In this document: positions 27,995-37,854 of the stretch, piece by piece
Layout: the number at the start of each line of letters is the position of its first letter
How positions within the stretch are numbered: the first letter of the stretch is position 1
Assembly: GCA_037446635.1 (NCBI GenBank)
Contig: JBBIIG010000020.1
Location: forward strand, 1-64,000
Source of the DNA: a bacterium
GTDB lineage: Bacteria; Zhuqueibacterota; Zhuqueibacteria; Oceanimicrobiales; Oceanimicrobiaceae
Direction: 5' to 3'
Length of the DNA: 64,000 nt
Position numbers and translations under genes: made by a program
Notes under the pieces: model-generated
Seen by the model: only the letters and a program-made list of their open reading frames with translations
Told to the model about the DNA's origin: nothing
Databases searched by the model: none

Positions 27995-28038
27995 AAGAAT
28001 CTGTCTTCAAATTTCCCTTCCAGTAAGCCCGGTACCGT

Positions 28039-28065
28039 AGGGGGGAAGCGCCCTGCTTCCCCCCT
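28039..28065 (+). terminator. GC-rich hairpin after the cytochrome gene (terminator-like)
   Basis: AGGGGGGAAGC/GCTTCCCCCCT. Confidence 0.5.
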
Positions 28066-28185
28066 GCCAATTTTAGCCCCTCTTAAAAACCGGAGTGTTC
28101 TATTATTAATTTTTTTTTCAGAATACTTGCAGGTCGTATTTTCCTTAGTACTTTAAATTCAGGAAAAATGAACTTAGTAAAAAAG

Positions 28186-28295
28186 TGGGTCAAACTTGTC
28201 TCAATCAGTAAATTTGTGTCACACTAACCTATTTATTTGATTTTAATATTTTAATCACAAATTGCCAAAATCAAAACTGGGACACGGATGTCCCA
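28186..28295. promoter_or_regulatory. Second set of three TG(A/G)GACA-N4-TGTC(T/C)CA palindromes
   Basis: 28186 TGGGTCAAACTTGTCTCA, half-site TGTCACA ending 28223, 28278 TGGGACACGGATGTCCCA. Confidence 0.65.
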
Positions 28296-28405
28296 CTTCA
28301 CTTTTGACGCGATCGCAAGGGCAACTGAAAAACTGGGGCTTTGCATGATTCAAGATAAAATATATTAAAGGTTTATAGGGTTATCGTCTTTGGACCGCTT
28401 CCCAC

Positions 28406-28422
28406 TGGTACAAATCTTGATA
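28406..28422 (+). promoter_or_regulatory. Sigma54-like promoter
   Basis: TGGTACAAATCTTGATA, 128 bp downstream of the start of the third palindrome. Confidence 0.55.
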
Positions 28423-28456
28423 AAAAGAACTCAAATCATATCAGGGTGATGGAAAA

Positions 28457-28840
28457 GTGGAAGGCAAAGTGCTGGTTGCCAGTCGCGATGAAGGCTGCCA
28501 GAAAATTTTGTGCGACCTGTTCAAAAGTCAGAAGCTGACCGTTAAAGTCGTTGCCGACGAAGCAGATCTCCTGTTGGCGATCCTCAATGACGATTACGTC
28601 GCTCTGATATACGATCTCGACTTCTCGCAATTGAATTCTCTGAAAATGGTCAAGATCTTGAGAAAAATTCGACCCAAGATTTCTCTGGTCGTCCTCTCAA
28701 ACGATCCTTCAAAAGAGTTGGGTGGAAAAATTCTGCAGGAGGGGGTTACCTATTTTGGAACAAAACCCATTTACCCGGAAGCCATTAGTAAAGCAGTTTT
28801 AGGTGCAATGTCACAAATAACACTGTTTGAAAAACCTTAA
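28457..28840 (+). CDS. Stand-alone atypical receiver domain protein
   Basis: KVLVASRD, ALIYDL, VVLS, TKP; lacks the usual acidic pair after beta1. Confidence 0.75.
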   Translation: MEGKVLVASRDEGCQKILCDLFKSQKLTVKVVADEADLLLAILNDDYVALIYDLDFSQLNSLKMVKILRKIRPKISLVVLSNDPSKELGGKILQEGVTYFGTKPIYPEAISKAVLGAMSQITLFEKP

Positions 28841-28858
28841 TCAAGAAAGGAGGTCTGT

Positions 28859-31800
28859 ATGGCAAGGTGTTACTATTTGTTAGCCGTATGTGTATTGGTG
28901 TGCCTCGGTTTTTTCTTCATCCCGCAAGCCGGTTGGGCGCAATCCCCGTACGCCGGCACCGAGAGGTGCAACGACTGTCATGGCAAAGAAGCCAATTTAT
29001 TGCCTCAGTTTGGTAACCCCTGGGCAAACTGGCTGAACACCGGACATTCGCAGATTTATCGCGACCCCGACCAGCCGGCGACCGGCCGTCCCAATGACAC
29101 CACCGGAGTGGTTCCCGCTGCCGACTTTAAGGCCAGTCTCGATCTTTCCACCCATCCCAAGTTCTCTCGTTACGGAGCGAACGCACCTATTTTGGGATAC
29201 GACCCGGCCGCAGGAACCAGCAAAACCGACACCACCAGCGGCTACACCGTCACCATTGGCGCCGTCACCTACACCGTTCACCGCGCACACGGCGGCACGC
29301 GCGACGAATGGAAGCAGCGCTTCCACACCAAAATCGGCAATAGCTGGTACGTGCTGCCAATTCAGTACAACATCAAAACTCAAGCGTGGACCGATTACAA
29401 CCCGCAGCATTGGTACGACCTTAACACCAACTTGCCGCTTTATAACGATCCGGCAACCCTGACCACCGACGTCATCAAAGCCAATGCGGAAGATCGCAAC
29501 TGCATCGGCTGCCACGGGGTCGGCCCGCAGGTGGAATTCAACGCCACCACCGGCGAGTGGATCGGTAACCCCAAGGAATGGAACATCGGCTGCGAATCTT
29601 GCCACGGGCCGGGCGGCCCGCCTTCGCATGTCAACTTCGGTCTCAGCGGTCAGGGCGCGAATCCGGCGAAACTTACGGACCTGGAACGCCAGGTGGAAGT
29701 TTGCGGCCAGTGCCATTCCCGAGGCGCCAGCACCGCCTCGATAGGTGGCAGAACTTTAGGTTATCCTTACAAAGAGGGTGAGGGGGTTTACAAAATCGGC
29801 CAAATTCTCAGCGAATTCTTCAACCTGGTCAATCCCATCGCCAATCCCGGTGATTTTTGGTTCGATGCGTTTCCTTATGGGAATACCTCGAAATCGCATC
29901 ACCAGCAGGCTCAGGATTTCAAACTCAGCGCGCATGCCCAGTTCGATCCCAACAAACCCTGGGTCAACCTGACCTGCTTCACCTGCCACGAACCGCACGG
30001 CAACACCAGCAACAAGTGGATGATTCGCGATCAGCTCGTTGAGGATGGTGTGACCATCGCGACCGAGAACGACAACAACACGTTGTGCCTTGCTTGTCAC
30101 GCTGAACACGGCCCGTTCGCGACATTGACCAAAGACCAAATTGCGAACATCACCGACCCCGTAAACTTGGCGGCCGTGGCGCAGGTGGTTTCCGAGCACA
30201 CCCGTCACAGCTACGATCCCGAGGACAACAACACTACCAGCGGCGCCAGCCGTTGCTCAAAGTGTCACTCGCCTAAGGTGCAGAAAAGCGCCATCGAATA
30301 CGACATTCACGCCCACACCTTCTGGACGATTGCGCCGTCGCAAACTTTGAACTCGCAAGCCCAGGGCGGGATGCCCAATTCCTGTGCCGTAAGCTGTCAC
30401 CGTAACGGCACAGGCAACGTGCCGAACTTCGGCATTGCCGATGCCAGCCTGGCCGCCTGGAATGAACCGACGGATGTGGAGTTGGCAACGGAACTCAAGT
30501 TCTGGGATGAGAACATGTTCTTCAAAACGCGCGGTAATGTGGGGGTCGCGGTAAGCGCGTTGGCAGCGGCCATGGCGCCGGTGATCGATGCCGACACCAG
30601 CGATTGGAACGATATCGACTGGGTCGAAGCAGCGCTGGCAAATAACCGGTCTGTATCCATGAAAGGAAAAATCAGCGGCAATAATCTTTATCTGCTTTTC
30701 CGCTGGGCCGATCCAACCATGAGTATGGTGCGTGGTGGTTCCTGGATTTGGGATGGCAGCACCTGGTCAAATACCTCCGGACAGAGTGAAGACCGCGTTT
30801 CCGTCATGTGGAACATCGATATCCCCGATGAGCAGTGGGAGAAGGACGGCTGCATGAACAAGTGTCACTTTGACGTCAATAACCCGGTGGCGCCCGATGG
30901 CGATCCGGAAGACGACTCCTATCTCGCAGCCGGGCAACATGCCGACCTCTGGCACATGAAGCCGGCGCGCGGGCTCGCCGCCATCAGCGCGCAGCAGTCC
31001 GGTTCGGTGGTGATTGATCCCACCACTCATCAGGCCACGGCCGGCACGTTCCAACTGGTTGGCTTTTTGGATGACCAGAACATGCGGGAGTATGTGGGCA
31101 AACCCGACGGCGGCCGCGTCGGCGACAGTGGTTCCAGTGCGGAAAGCCGAAACCGCAATGCCGCTCAGACCGGCCCACTCTACATCGAGAAAAGCCCTGT
31201 CAACTACATCGACGCCATGGTGCTGACCCAGGCGGAAATCGACGCCGGCGAAACCGCTAAGGTGGATTCGATCACCACAACGGAACTCGATGGATACTGG
31301 GCGAATTACGCCGCACTGAACGCCGTGGTGCCCGAGCGCGTTGTGAAGACCCCAAGCGGCAGCCGCGGCGATGTCCATGCCGCGGGTTTGTGGCACGAGG
31401 GCATGTGGTATGTTGAAATCGAGCGCGCCTTGAACACCGGCAATGCGGACGATGCTTTGTTTGTGGCCAACGGCGTGTCCAAATTTGGCGTCGCCCTCAT
31501 GGATAACGCCGGTGGTGAAGAGCACTGGACGCAGGGCAGTGTGCTCAACAAATTAGGTGTGGGTATTGTGGTGAGCGTACCGACCACGCCCCCCGAGGTG
31601 CCCAATCAGTATACACTTTTCCAGAACTATCCGAATCCCTTCAACCCCTCCACGAACATTCGGTTCGAGGTCAAACAACCCGGACATGCCACCCTGAAGG
31701 TTTATAATACCCTCGGACAGCAAGTCGCCACACTGGTCGATGAGCGATTGGAGGCGGGCATTCACGAGATCACCTTCAACGCGGCGAGTGTTCCATCGGG

Positions 31801-31867
31801 GCTTTACTTCTACCGGTTATCGGTGAACGACTTCAGCGCGGTACGCAAAATGTTACTCATCAAATAG
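28859..31867 (+). CDS. Multiheme cytochrome c (7 CxxCH + 2 CX3CH) fused to an ethylbenzene-dehydrogenase-gamma/DOMON-like domain and a T9SS type A C-terminal domain
   Basis: Signal peptide; LYLLFRWAD, SEDRVSVMW, ADLWHMK, WYVEIERAL; QNYPNPFNPST...PSGLYFY...RKMLLIK. Confidence 0.85.
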   Translation: MARCYYLLAVCVLVCLGFFFIPQAGWAQSPYAGTERCNDCHGKEANLLPQFGNPWANWLNTGHSQIYRDPDQPATGRPNDTTGVVPAADFKASLDLSTHPKFSRYGANAPILGYDPAAGTSKTDTTSGYTVTIGAVTYTVHRAHGGTRDEWKQRFHTKIGNSWYVLPIQYNIKTQAWTDYNPQHWYDLNTNLPLYNDPATLTTDVIKANAEDRNCIGCHGVGPQVEFNATTGEWIGNPKEWNIGCESCHGPGGPPSHVNFGLSGQGANPAKLTDLERQVEVCGQCHSRGASTASIGGRTLGYPYKEGEGVYKIGQILSEFFNLVNPIANPGDFWFDAFPYGNTSKSHHQQAQDFKLSAHAQFDPNKPWVNLTCFTCHEPHGNTSNKWMIRDQLVEDGVTIATENDNNTLCLACHAEHGPFATLTKDQIANITDPVNLAAVAQVVSEHTRHSYDPEDNNTTSGASRCSKCHSPKVQKSAIEYDIHAHTFWTIAPSQTLNSQAQGGMPNSCAVSCHRNGTGNVPNFGIADASLAAWNEPTDVELATELKFWDENMFFKTRGNVGVAVSALAAAMAPVIDADTSDWNDIDWVEAALANNRSVSMKGKISGNNLYLLFRWADPTMSMVRGGSWIWDGSTWSNTSGQSEDRVSVMWNIDIPDEQWEKDGCMNKCHFDVNNPVAPDGDPEDDSYLAAGQHADLWHMKPARGLAAISAQQSGSVVIDPTTHQATAGTFQLVGFLDDQNMREYVGKPDGGRVGDSGSSAESRNRNAAQTGPLYIEKSPVNYIDAMVLTQAEIDAGETAKVDSITTTELDGYWANYAALNAVVPERVVKTPSGSRGDVHAAGLWHEGMWYVEIERALNTGNADDALFVANGVSKFGVALMDNAGGEEHWTQGSVLNKLGVGIVVSVPTTPPEVPNQYTLFQNYPNPFNPSTNIRFEVKQPGHATLKVYNTLGQQVATLVDERLEAGIHEITFNAASVPSGLYFYRLSVNDFSAVRKMLLIK

Positions 31868-31904
31868 TGCCAAATGACACTAAGGAATTAAATCATTAAT
31901 CCAC

Positions 31905-31948
31905 AAGGTGTGTAGGGTGCGCTTGCAAAAGCGCGCCTTATACACCTT
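31905..31948. terminator. Long hairpin (terminator or GTAG-type REP)
   Basis: AAGGTGTGTAGGGTGCGCTT-GCAA-AAGCGCGCCTTATACACCTT. Confidence 0.55.
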
Positions 31949-32052
31949 AAATTTATAAAGAAACAAATCTTAAGAAAGATTTACTTGCAATTGATTCCAG
32001 CATTTATTAAATATAATTCCCAATCCCAATTGGGCCGATCTAAGGAGGGAGA

Positions 32053-33300
32053 ATGAAACGCTACTGGTTCTTAACACTTCCGTTTTTCTTCGCTTTTTCA
32101 TCCTTGGTTCAAGCTCAGCAATGTGTGGATTGTCACAAACAGGCGACGCCTGGTATTGTCTCCGATTGGCAGTTGAGCAAACACAGTCTTAACGAGATCA
32201 CCTGTTCGGTCTGTCATGGCGAAGACCACACCTCGGCGAACGATGTGGCCAAAGCGCAAATTCCCACCCCGGAAACCTGCGCCCAATGTCACGAAGAACG
32301 CGTCGAGCAATTTAAACGCGGCAAACATGCTTTCGCCTGGGCCGCGATGAACGCCATGCCCACCACGCACTGGCTGCCCATGGCGCTGCGTGAAGGTATG
32401 AAGGGCTGCGGCGGCTGCCACAAAATCGGTCTAAAAAGCGCAGACGAAATCAAAGCTCTGAAGCAGCAAGGCGCGGGCTTCGGTGTGGCTTCCTGCGATG
32501 CCTGCCACACGCGCCATACTTTCTCGCTCGCGGAGGCGCGACAGCCGCAGGCTTGCCAAACCTGTCACATGGGATTTGATCATCCGCAATGGGAGATGTA
32601 TTCTGCCTCCAAACACGGCGTCCGCTATTTGTTGAAGCAAAACGGCGTTCTGCCCGAAACCGCGGCGGCGCCCACTTGTCAGACCTGCCACATGCAGGAC
32701 GGCAACCACGCCGTCATGACCGCCTGGGGATTTTTAGCGGTGCGTTTGCCCCTGCCCGAAGACCAACAATGGAAAGATGATCAGGTCACGATTTTACAGG
32801 CGCTGGGGGTGCTCGATCCTCAGGGCCAGCCCACCGCGCGCCTGGAGGTGGTAAAAGGGGCCAAAGTCGCTCGACTCAGCCAGGAGGAATGGCAAGAACA
32901 ACGCGATAAAATGCTGGCTGTGTGCAGCCAGTGTCACTCCGAAAACTTTGCCAGGGCCGAATTGGCAAAAGGCGACCAGATGATTCGCGAAAGCGACCAC
33001 CTGCTCGCCGAAGCCATCCGCAGCATTGCCGCACTTTATAAAGATGAAATTTTGAAGAAACCCGAAAACTACGCTTATGCGTTTCCAGATTTGTTGACCT
33101 TCCATGACGCCCCCACGCCCATTGAGCAGAAATTGTTTGTGATGCACCTGGAACACCGCATGCGGGCGTTTCAGGGAACCTTCCACGCCAATCCGGATTA
33201 CGCCCTTTGGTACGGCTGGAGCGAGATGAAGCGCGATTTGACGGAAATCCAAACCCTGGCGGAAGAACTACGAAAAAATCATCAAACCAAGAAAGACTAA
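32053..33300 (+). CDS. Octaheme hydroxylamine-oxidoreductase-like cytochrome c (soluble, periplasmic)
   Basis: 8 CxxCH, CHTRHTFS, CHMGFDHPQWEMY..SKHG, APTCQTCHM, FHANPDYALWYG. Confidence 0.85.
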   Translation: MKRYWFLTLPFFFAFSSLVQAQQCVDCHKQATPGIVSDWQLSKHSLNEITCSVCHGEDHTSANDVAKAQIPTPETCAQCHEERVEQFKRGKHAFAWAAMNAMPTTHWLPMALREGMKGCGGCHKIGLKSADEIKALKQQGAGFGVASCDACHTRHTFSLAEARQPQACQTCHMGFDHPQWEMYSASKHGVRYLLKQNGVLPETAAAPTCQTCHMQDGNHAVMTAWGFLAVRLPLPEDQQWKDDQVTILQALGVLDPQGQPTARLEVVKGAKVARLSQEEWQEQRDKMLAVCSQCHSENFARAELAKGDQMIRESDHLLAEAIRSIAALYKDEILKKPENYAYAFPDLLTFHDAPTPIEQKLFVMHLEHRMRAFQGTFHANPDYALWYGWSEMKRDLTEIQTLAEELRKNHQTKKD

Positions 33301-33303
33301 ACT

Positions 33304-34167
33304 ATGCGAACCACGTTTCCATTTGCCGTAGTTGTTGTCTTCGCGATGATGTTGTGGAGTAGCTGCAGCGAGCTGCGCGATCCGCTTCCCACCAACTCGC
33401 CGGCGGTGATTTCGGGGGTGCACCCAGCGGGCTGGGTGCAGGTGGGCGCGCAGAATTTCCACGGGCTTTTCATCGCGAATTCGCTCCGTTGGGATTTGCG
33501 AAATTGCCAGGCCTGCCACGGCCAGAATTACGCCGGCGGCATCGCCAACAGTTCCTGCTTGACCTGCCATCCCAATACGCCGGAAGATTGCACGGTCTGC
33601 CACGGCGGAACGGACAACCAGACCGGCGCACCTCCAAGAGACCTGGCTGACAACACCAACACCACGGCCCGCGGCGTTGGGCAGCACACCCTGCATCTCG
33701 CCGGTGGAGATATCGCAAACCCTACGGAATGCACCACCTGCCATGTGGTTCCAACCTCGCTTTATTTCGCCGGCCACATTGACTCCGACTTACCGGCCGA
33801 GCTGACTTTTACCGGCTTGGCGCTTGCAGACGGCGCCGCACCCTCCTACAACAGCGGCGCGGGAAGCTGCGCCAACTCCTACTGCCACGGCAACTGGAGC
33901 CTCCCCCGAGCGCAATCACAATTGAGTGGGTTTTACACCGCTGATTTCATTCAGGGCAACGCCCTCGCCCCGGGCTGGACCGACCCCGCCACCGGCGCGT
34001 GCGGAACCTGCCACAGCCTGCCGCCGACCGGCCACATTCCCGCCGACCTCAGCGGCTGCGATAATTGCCACAGCGGGGTGGTGGACAACGATGGCAACAT
34101 TATCGACAAAAGCAAACATGTGAATGGAATGGTGAACGTGTTCGGACAGGAGTATCCGATGTTTTGA
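33304..34167 (+). CDS. Multiheme cytochrome c lipoprotein with CxxxxCH/CxxCH domain
   Basis: WSSC lipobox-like; 6 CxxCH + CANSYCHG; KHVNG. Confidence 0.85.
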   Translation: MRTTFPFAVVVVFAMMLWSSCSELRDPLPTNSPAVISGVHPAGWVQVGAQNFHGLFIANSLRWDLRNCQACHGQNYAGGIANSSCLTCHPNTPEDCTVCHGGTDNQTGAPPRDLADNTNTTARGVGQHTLHLAGGDIANPTECTTCHVVPTSLYFAGHIDSDLPAELTFTGLALADGAAPSYNSGAGSCANSYCHGNWSLPRAQSQLSGFYTADFIQGNALAPGWTDPATGACGTCHSLPPTGHIPADLSGCDNCHSGVVDNDGNIIDKSKHVNGMVNVFGQEYPMF

Positions 34168-34202
34168 ATAAAAGAAATCAATAACAGAAAAGGAGATGCA
34201 TC

Positions 34203-34772
34203 ATGCGTAAATTTCTTTTGTTTTCGTTTTTGGTTATCTTAAGCGTTGGGCTGACTTTCCAGAATTCGACCGCCCAGCAAAAAACCGATGCCGCTGATTT
34301 CCAGTACGGCGGTGTGATCACTTGTAAGCCCTGCCACCTGACTCCTAAAAGCGGCGCGCAATTTAAAATCTGGTCCACCAGCGCTCATGCAAAAGCTTAC
34401 GAAACGCTCAAGACTCCGGCAGCAAAAGAAGCCGGCAAAAAATTGGGCATCGATGATCCGGCAACTTCAGATAAATGTTTGAAGTGCCATGTCACGGCGC
34501 ACGGCGTGGACGCCAAGCTCAAAGGTCCGAAATTGACCCTTGAAGAAGGGGTGAGCTGCGAAGCCTGCCACGGCCCCGGTTCCGCCTATAAAGGCCAGAA
34601 ACTTATGAAGGACATTTACGACGGCAAAGTCGATGGCGCCAAATATGGTTTAATTGAACCCACGGAAGAAGTCTGTGTGAAGTGCCACAACAAAGAGAGT
34701 CCGACTTTTAAAGGGTTCAATTACAAAGAAATGGCAGCTAAAATTGCGCATCCGGTTCCGAAGGCTCAATGA
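34203..34772 (+). CDS. Tetraheme cytochrome c554-family protein
   Basis: CKPCH, W..SAHAKAY, CLKCH, GVSCEACHGPGS, CVKCH. Confidence 0.85.
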   Translation: MRKFLLFSFLVILSVGLTFQNSTAQQKTDAADFQYGGVITCKPCHLTPKSGAQFKIWSTSAHAKAYETLKTPAAKEAGKKLGIDDPATSDKCLKCHVTAHGVDAKLKGPKLTLEEGVSCEACHGPGSAYKGQKLMKDIYDGKVDGAKYGLIEPTEEVCVKCHNKESPTFKGFNYKEMAAKIAHPVPKAQ

Positions 34773-34779
34773 AGTGAGA

Positions 34780-34895
34780 TGGCAAAGGGCAGACGGTAGG
34801 GGGTAGGGTATAGAGGTATAAGGTATAGGTCAACTACCTTATACCTTATACCTTATACCTCTATACCCTCTACCTCCCAACAAGCCTGCCATCTA
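34780..34895. repeat. Inverted arms of tandem GGTATA(A/G)/TATACCT heptamers
   Basis: ggtatagaggtataaggtataggt ... accttataccttataccttatacctctatacc. Confidence 0.8.
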
Positions 34896-34938
34896 ACTTT
34901 CTGCCGTTTCACGTCTTTTTCTTAACTTCCTTTGAACA

Positions 34939-35403
34939 ATGAACAGTGCACAAAATCAGGCGCAAGAACAACCAACGTTGCCGCGCCGAAAATTCGTCAA
35001 TCTTTTGTTGGGCGGCGGCTTGTTGACCACCATTGGATCGATCTTCGTTCCCATCATTAATTTTATCATTCCACCGAAAATTCAAGAAGCGGTGCAGAAC
35101 AGCGTGGTGGCAGCCAAAGTGGGCGAACTGCCCCTCAATTCCGGCAAAATTTTTCGCTTTGGCGTCAAGCCCGGAATTTTAATTCATACCCAAAACGATG
35201 AATATGTTGCCTTTTCCGCTATCTGCACCCACCTCGATTGCACCGTTCAGTACCGCTCCGATTTTAAACATATCTGGTGCGCCTGTCATAACGGACACTT
35301 TGACCTCACCGGCAAAAACATCGCCGGGCCGCCGCCGCGGCCATTGGAATCTTATAAGGTAGATATTCGCAATGAGGACATCGTTGTCACCCGAGAAGGA
35401 TAA
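34939..35403 (+). CDS. Rieske 2Fe-2S subunit, module 2
   Basis: PRRKFV, CTHLDC, CACHNG, GPPPRPL. Confidence 0.92.
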   Translation: MNSAQNQAQEQPTLPRRKFVNLLLGGGLLTTIGSIFVPIINFIIPPKIQEAVQNSVVAAKVGELPLNSGKIFRFGVKPGILIHTQNDEYVAFSAICTHLDCTVQYRSDFKHIWCACHNGHFDLTGKNIAGPPPRPLESYKVDIRNEDIVVTREG

Positions 35404-36496
35404 AACTGCCCAACGTTCCGGGCGCGGGCTGGCCGCCTGGCTGCGCGAGCGATACGATCTCAGCGCTCTGGAGTACTTCATCAAAAAGAAGGAAGTGCCG
35501 CTCCACCGTCACAGCATCTGGTACTACTTCGGCGGCATCACCCTCTTCTTTTTTATGATTCAGGTGGCCACGGGCATTTTGCTGCTGCTTTATTATCGCC
35601 CGACTGCCGAGGCGGCGTTTGAGAGCGTGCAATTCATCATGACCGAGGTGCGCTTTGGCTGGCTCATCCGTTCCATCCACAGTTGGTCCGCCAATTTGAT
35701 GATCGCCGCAGCGTTCGTTCATCTGTTCAGCGTGTTTTTTCTGAAAGCCTATCGCAAGCCGCGGGAGTTGACCTGGGTGAGCGGCGTGTTTTTGCTTTTC
35801 CTCTCGCTGGGGTTTGGCTTTTCCGGTTATTTGCTGCCCTGGAACGAGTTAGCGTTTTTCGCCACCAAGGTCGGCACCGAAATTGTGGCGGTGGTGCCGC
35901 TCATTGGCGGTTTTTTGTTGAAGTTTCTGCGCGGCGGCGAAGATGTCACCGGCGCCACCCTCACCCGCTTCTTCGGTTTTCATGTGGCCGTGCTGCCCAT
36001 GATTTCCACTGTGCTGCTGCTGTTCCACCTCTGGGCCGTTCAGAAACAAGGCATGAGCGTGCCATTAAAATTGGAAAAAGACGGCGCGCCCTACAAAACC
36101 ATGCCCTTCTTTCCCAACTTCCTGCTGCGCGATCTGTTAGGCTGGATTTTGGCGCTCGGCGCGCTGGCAGCAATTGCCGCCCTCTTCCCGTGGGAATTAG
36201 GAGTCAAAGCCGATCCCTTTGCCCCGGCGCCCGCCGGCATCAAGCCGGAATGGTATTTCGTGTTTATGTTTCAGACGCTCAAATTCATACCGGCAAAAGT
36301 TTTGGGATTGGACGGGGAAATGTTAGGGGTACTGGCTTTCGGTTTGATCGGCGCTTTATTGGTTCTGGTGCCCTTTCTGGATCGCAAAGGCCAAATTGGC
36401 GAATCCAGCAAAATACTCGGGGTGCTGGGAATCGTCAGTTTGGTTTATATCATCATTATGACCATTGTCTCGTACGTCGTGCCGCAGACGTTTTGA
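35372..36496 (+). CDS. Cytochrome b (fused b6 + subunit IV), module 2
   Basis: [33 protein letters not shown]. Confidence 0.93.
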   Translation: MRTSLSPEKDKTAQRSGRGLAAWLRERYDLSALEYFIKKKEVPLHRHSIWYYFGGITLFFFMIQVATGILLLLYYRPTAEAAFESVQFIMTEVRFGWLIRSIHSWSANLMIAAAFVHLFSVFFLKAYRKPRELTWVSGVFLLFLSLGFGFSGYLLPWNELAFFATKVGTEIVAVVPLIGGFLLKFLRGGEDVTGATLTRFFGFHVAVLPMISTVLLLFHLWAVQKQGMSVPLKLEKDGAPYKTMPFFPNFLLRDLLGWILALGALAAIAALFPWELGVKADPFAPAPAGIKPEWYFVFMFQTLKFIPAKVLGLDGEMLGVLAFGLIGALLVLVPFLDRKGQIGESSKILGVLGIVSLVYIIIMTIVSYVVPQTF

Positions 36497-36558
36497 GCCT
36501 GAATAATTCACGAAGCACTGCCATTCAGGATAAGATATTAATCAAACCCGATCTTGAC

Positions 36559-37854
36559 ATGAAAAAAATCGGATACATTCTTTCGTTTATACTAATCGGT
36601 TGCGGCGCAACAGCTTTCGCTCAGGAGCCGGCTCGCGCTGAAAAAGTAAACAGTTGCGTCTCCTGCCATTTGGAGATGGGAGACGAACTCGCCGTGCCCG
36701 TGGAGGGCATGAAAGAAGACGTGCATGCCCAACAGGGACTCTCCTGCGCCGACTGCCACGGCGGGGATCCCACCGCTGGGCTCGATGGCGATATGGAAGC
36801 GGCTAAGAATCCAGCCAAAGGTTTCGTCGGGAAGCCCGAACGCACGGCCATTCCACAGTTTTGTGCCCGCTGCCACAGCGATCCGAACTATATGCGGCGC
36901 TTCAATCCCAGAGCCGCCACCGATCAACTCAGCGCCTATAAAACCAGCGTTCACGGCCAACTCTTGCAAAAAGGCGACACCAAAGTCGCCGTTTGCACCG
37001 ATTGCCACGGCGTGCACGGCATCCGCAACGCCAAAGATGCGCGCTCGTCGGTTTACCCGCTGAACATCCCCGCGACCTGCGGCCGCTGCCACGCGGACGC
37101 CGAGTACATGAAAGATTACAGCATCCCGACAGATCAGATCGAGCAATATCAAACCAGCGTTCACGGCAAAGCGCTGTTGGAAAAAGGCGATCAGGCCGCG
37201 CCAGCCTGCAACGATTGTCACGGCAATCACGGCGCGACGCCGCCGGGCGCGCCCACCATCGCGTTTATTTGCGGGCAGTGTCATCTCAACAACAGCGAAT
37301 TATTTTTCGCCAGCCCCCATCGCGCCGCGTTCGATGAAATGGGTTTGCCCGAGTGTGAAACCTGTCACGGCAACCACGGCATCCAACACCCCACCGATTC
37401 AATGTTAGGCGCGGGCCCGGAAAGCATTTGCACCGACTGCCACGAAGAGGGTTCGCCGGGATGGCTCACCGCCGCCGCCATGCGCGAGCAAATCGAAAAT
37501 TTGAAAAGCCAGATTTTTGTTGCCGACAGTCTGGTGGCGAAAGCCGAACGCGCCGGCATGGAAGTCAGCGAAGCCAAATTTCAATTGCATGACGCCGACG
37601 ACGCCCTCATCAAATCCCGCACCATGGTGCACAGCCTTTCGGAGGAACGCATCACCGAAGTTACCAGCGAAGGAATGAAATTAGCCGAAAGCGCTTTGAC
37701 CGCCGGTCGAGCGGCGCTGGCAGAATTGCAATTTCGCCGCAAGGGTTTAGCCATCTCGATTATCTTCATTTTAATATTGGCCGCCGGATTGTATCTCAAA
37801 ATCAAAGAAGTCGATCAAAAACATCCGATTCGGAGCGCGCAGCGTGGCGAGTAA
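36559..37854 (+). CDS. Nonaheme cytochrome c with C-terminal membrane anchor
   Basis: Start set at ATG 36559 (signal peptide MKKIGYILSF); 9 CxxCH with SVHG repeats; C-terminal TM. Confidence 0.87.
   Translation: MKKIGYILSFILIGCGATAFAQEPARAEKVNSCVSCHLEMGDELAVPVEGMKEDVHAQQGLSCADCHGGDPTAGLDGDMEAAKNPAKGFVGKPERTAIPQFCARCHSDPNYMRRFNPRAATDQLSAYKTSVHGQLLQKGDTKVAVCTDCHGVHGIRNAKDARSSVYPLNIPATCGRCHADAEYMKDYSIPTDQIEQYQTSVHGKALLEKGDQAAPACNDCHGNHGATPPGAPTIAFICGQCHLNNSELFFASPHRAAFDEMGLPECETCHGNHGIQHPTDSMLGAGPESICTDCHEEGSPGWLTAAAMREQIENLKSQIFVADSLVAKAERAGMEVSEAKFQLHDADDALIKSRTMVHSLSEERITEVTSEGMKLAESALTAGRAALAELQFRRKGLAISIIFILILAAGLYLKIKEVDQKHPIRSAQRGE

Noticed and set aside
35683..36558. N-terminal 292 aa of the 723-aa ORF
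   Set aside because: Mostly overlaps cytochrome b in another frame; a signal peptide begins at ATG 36559
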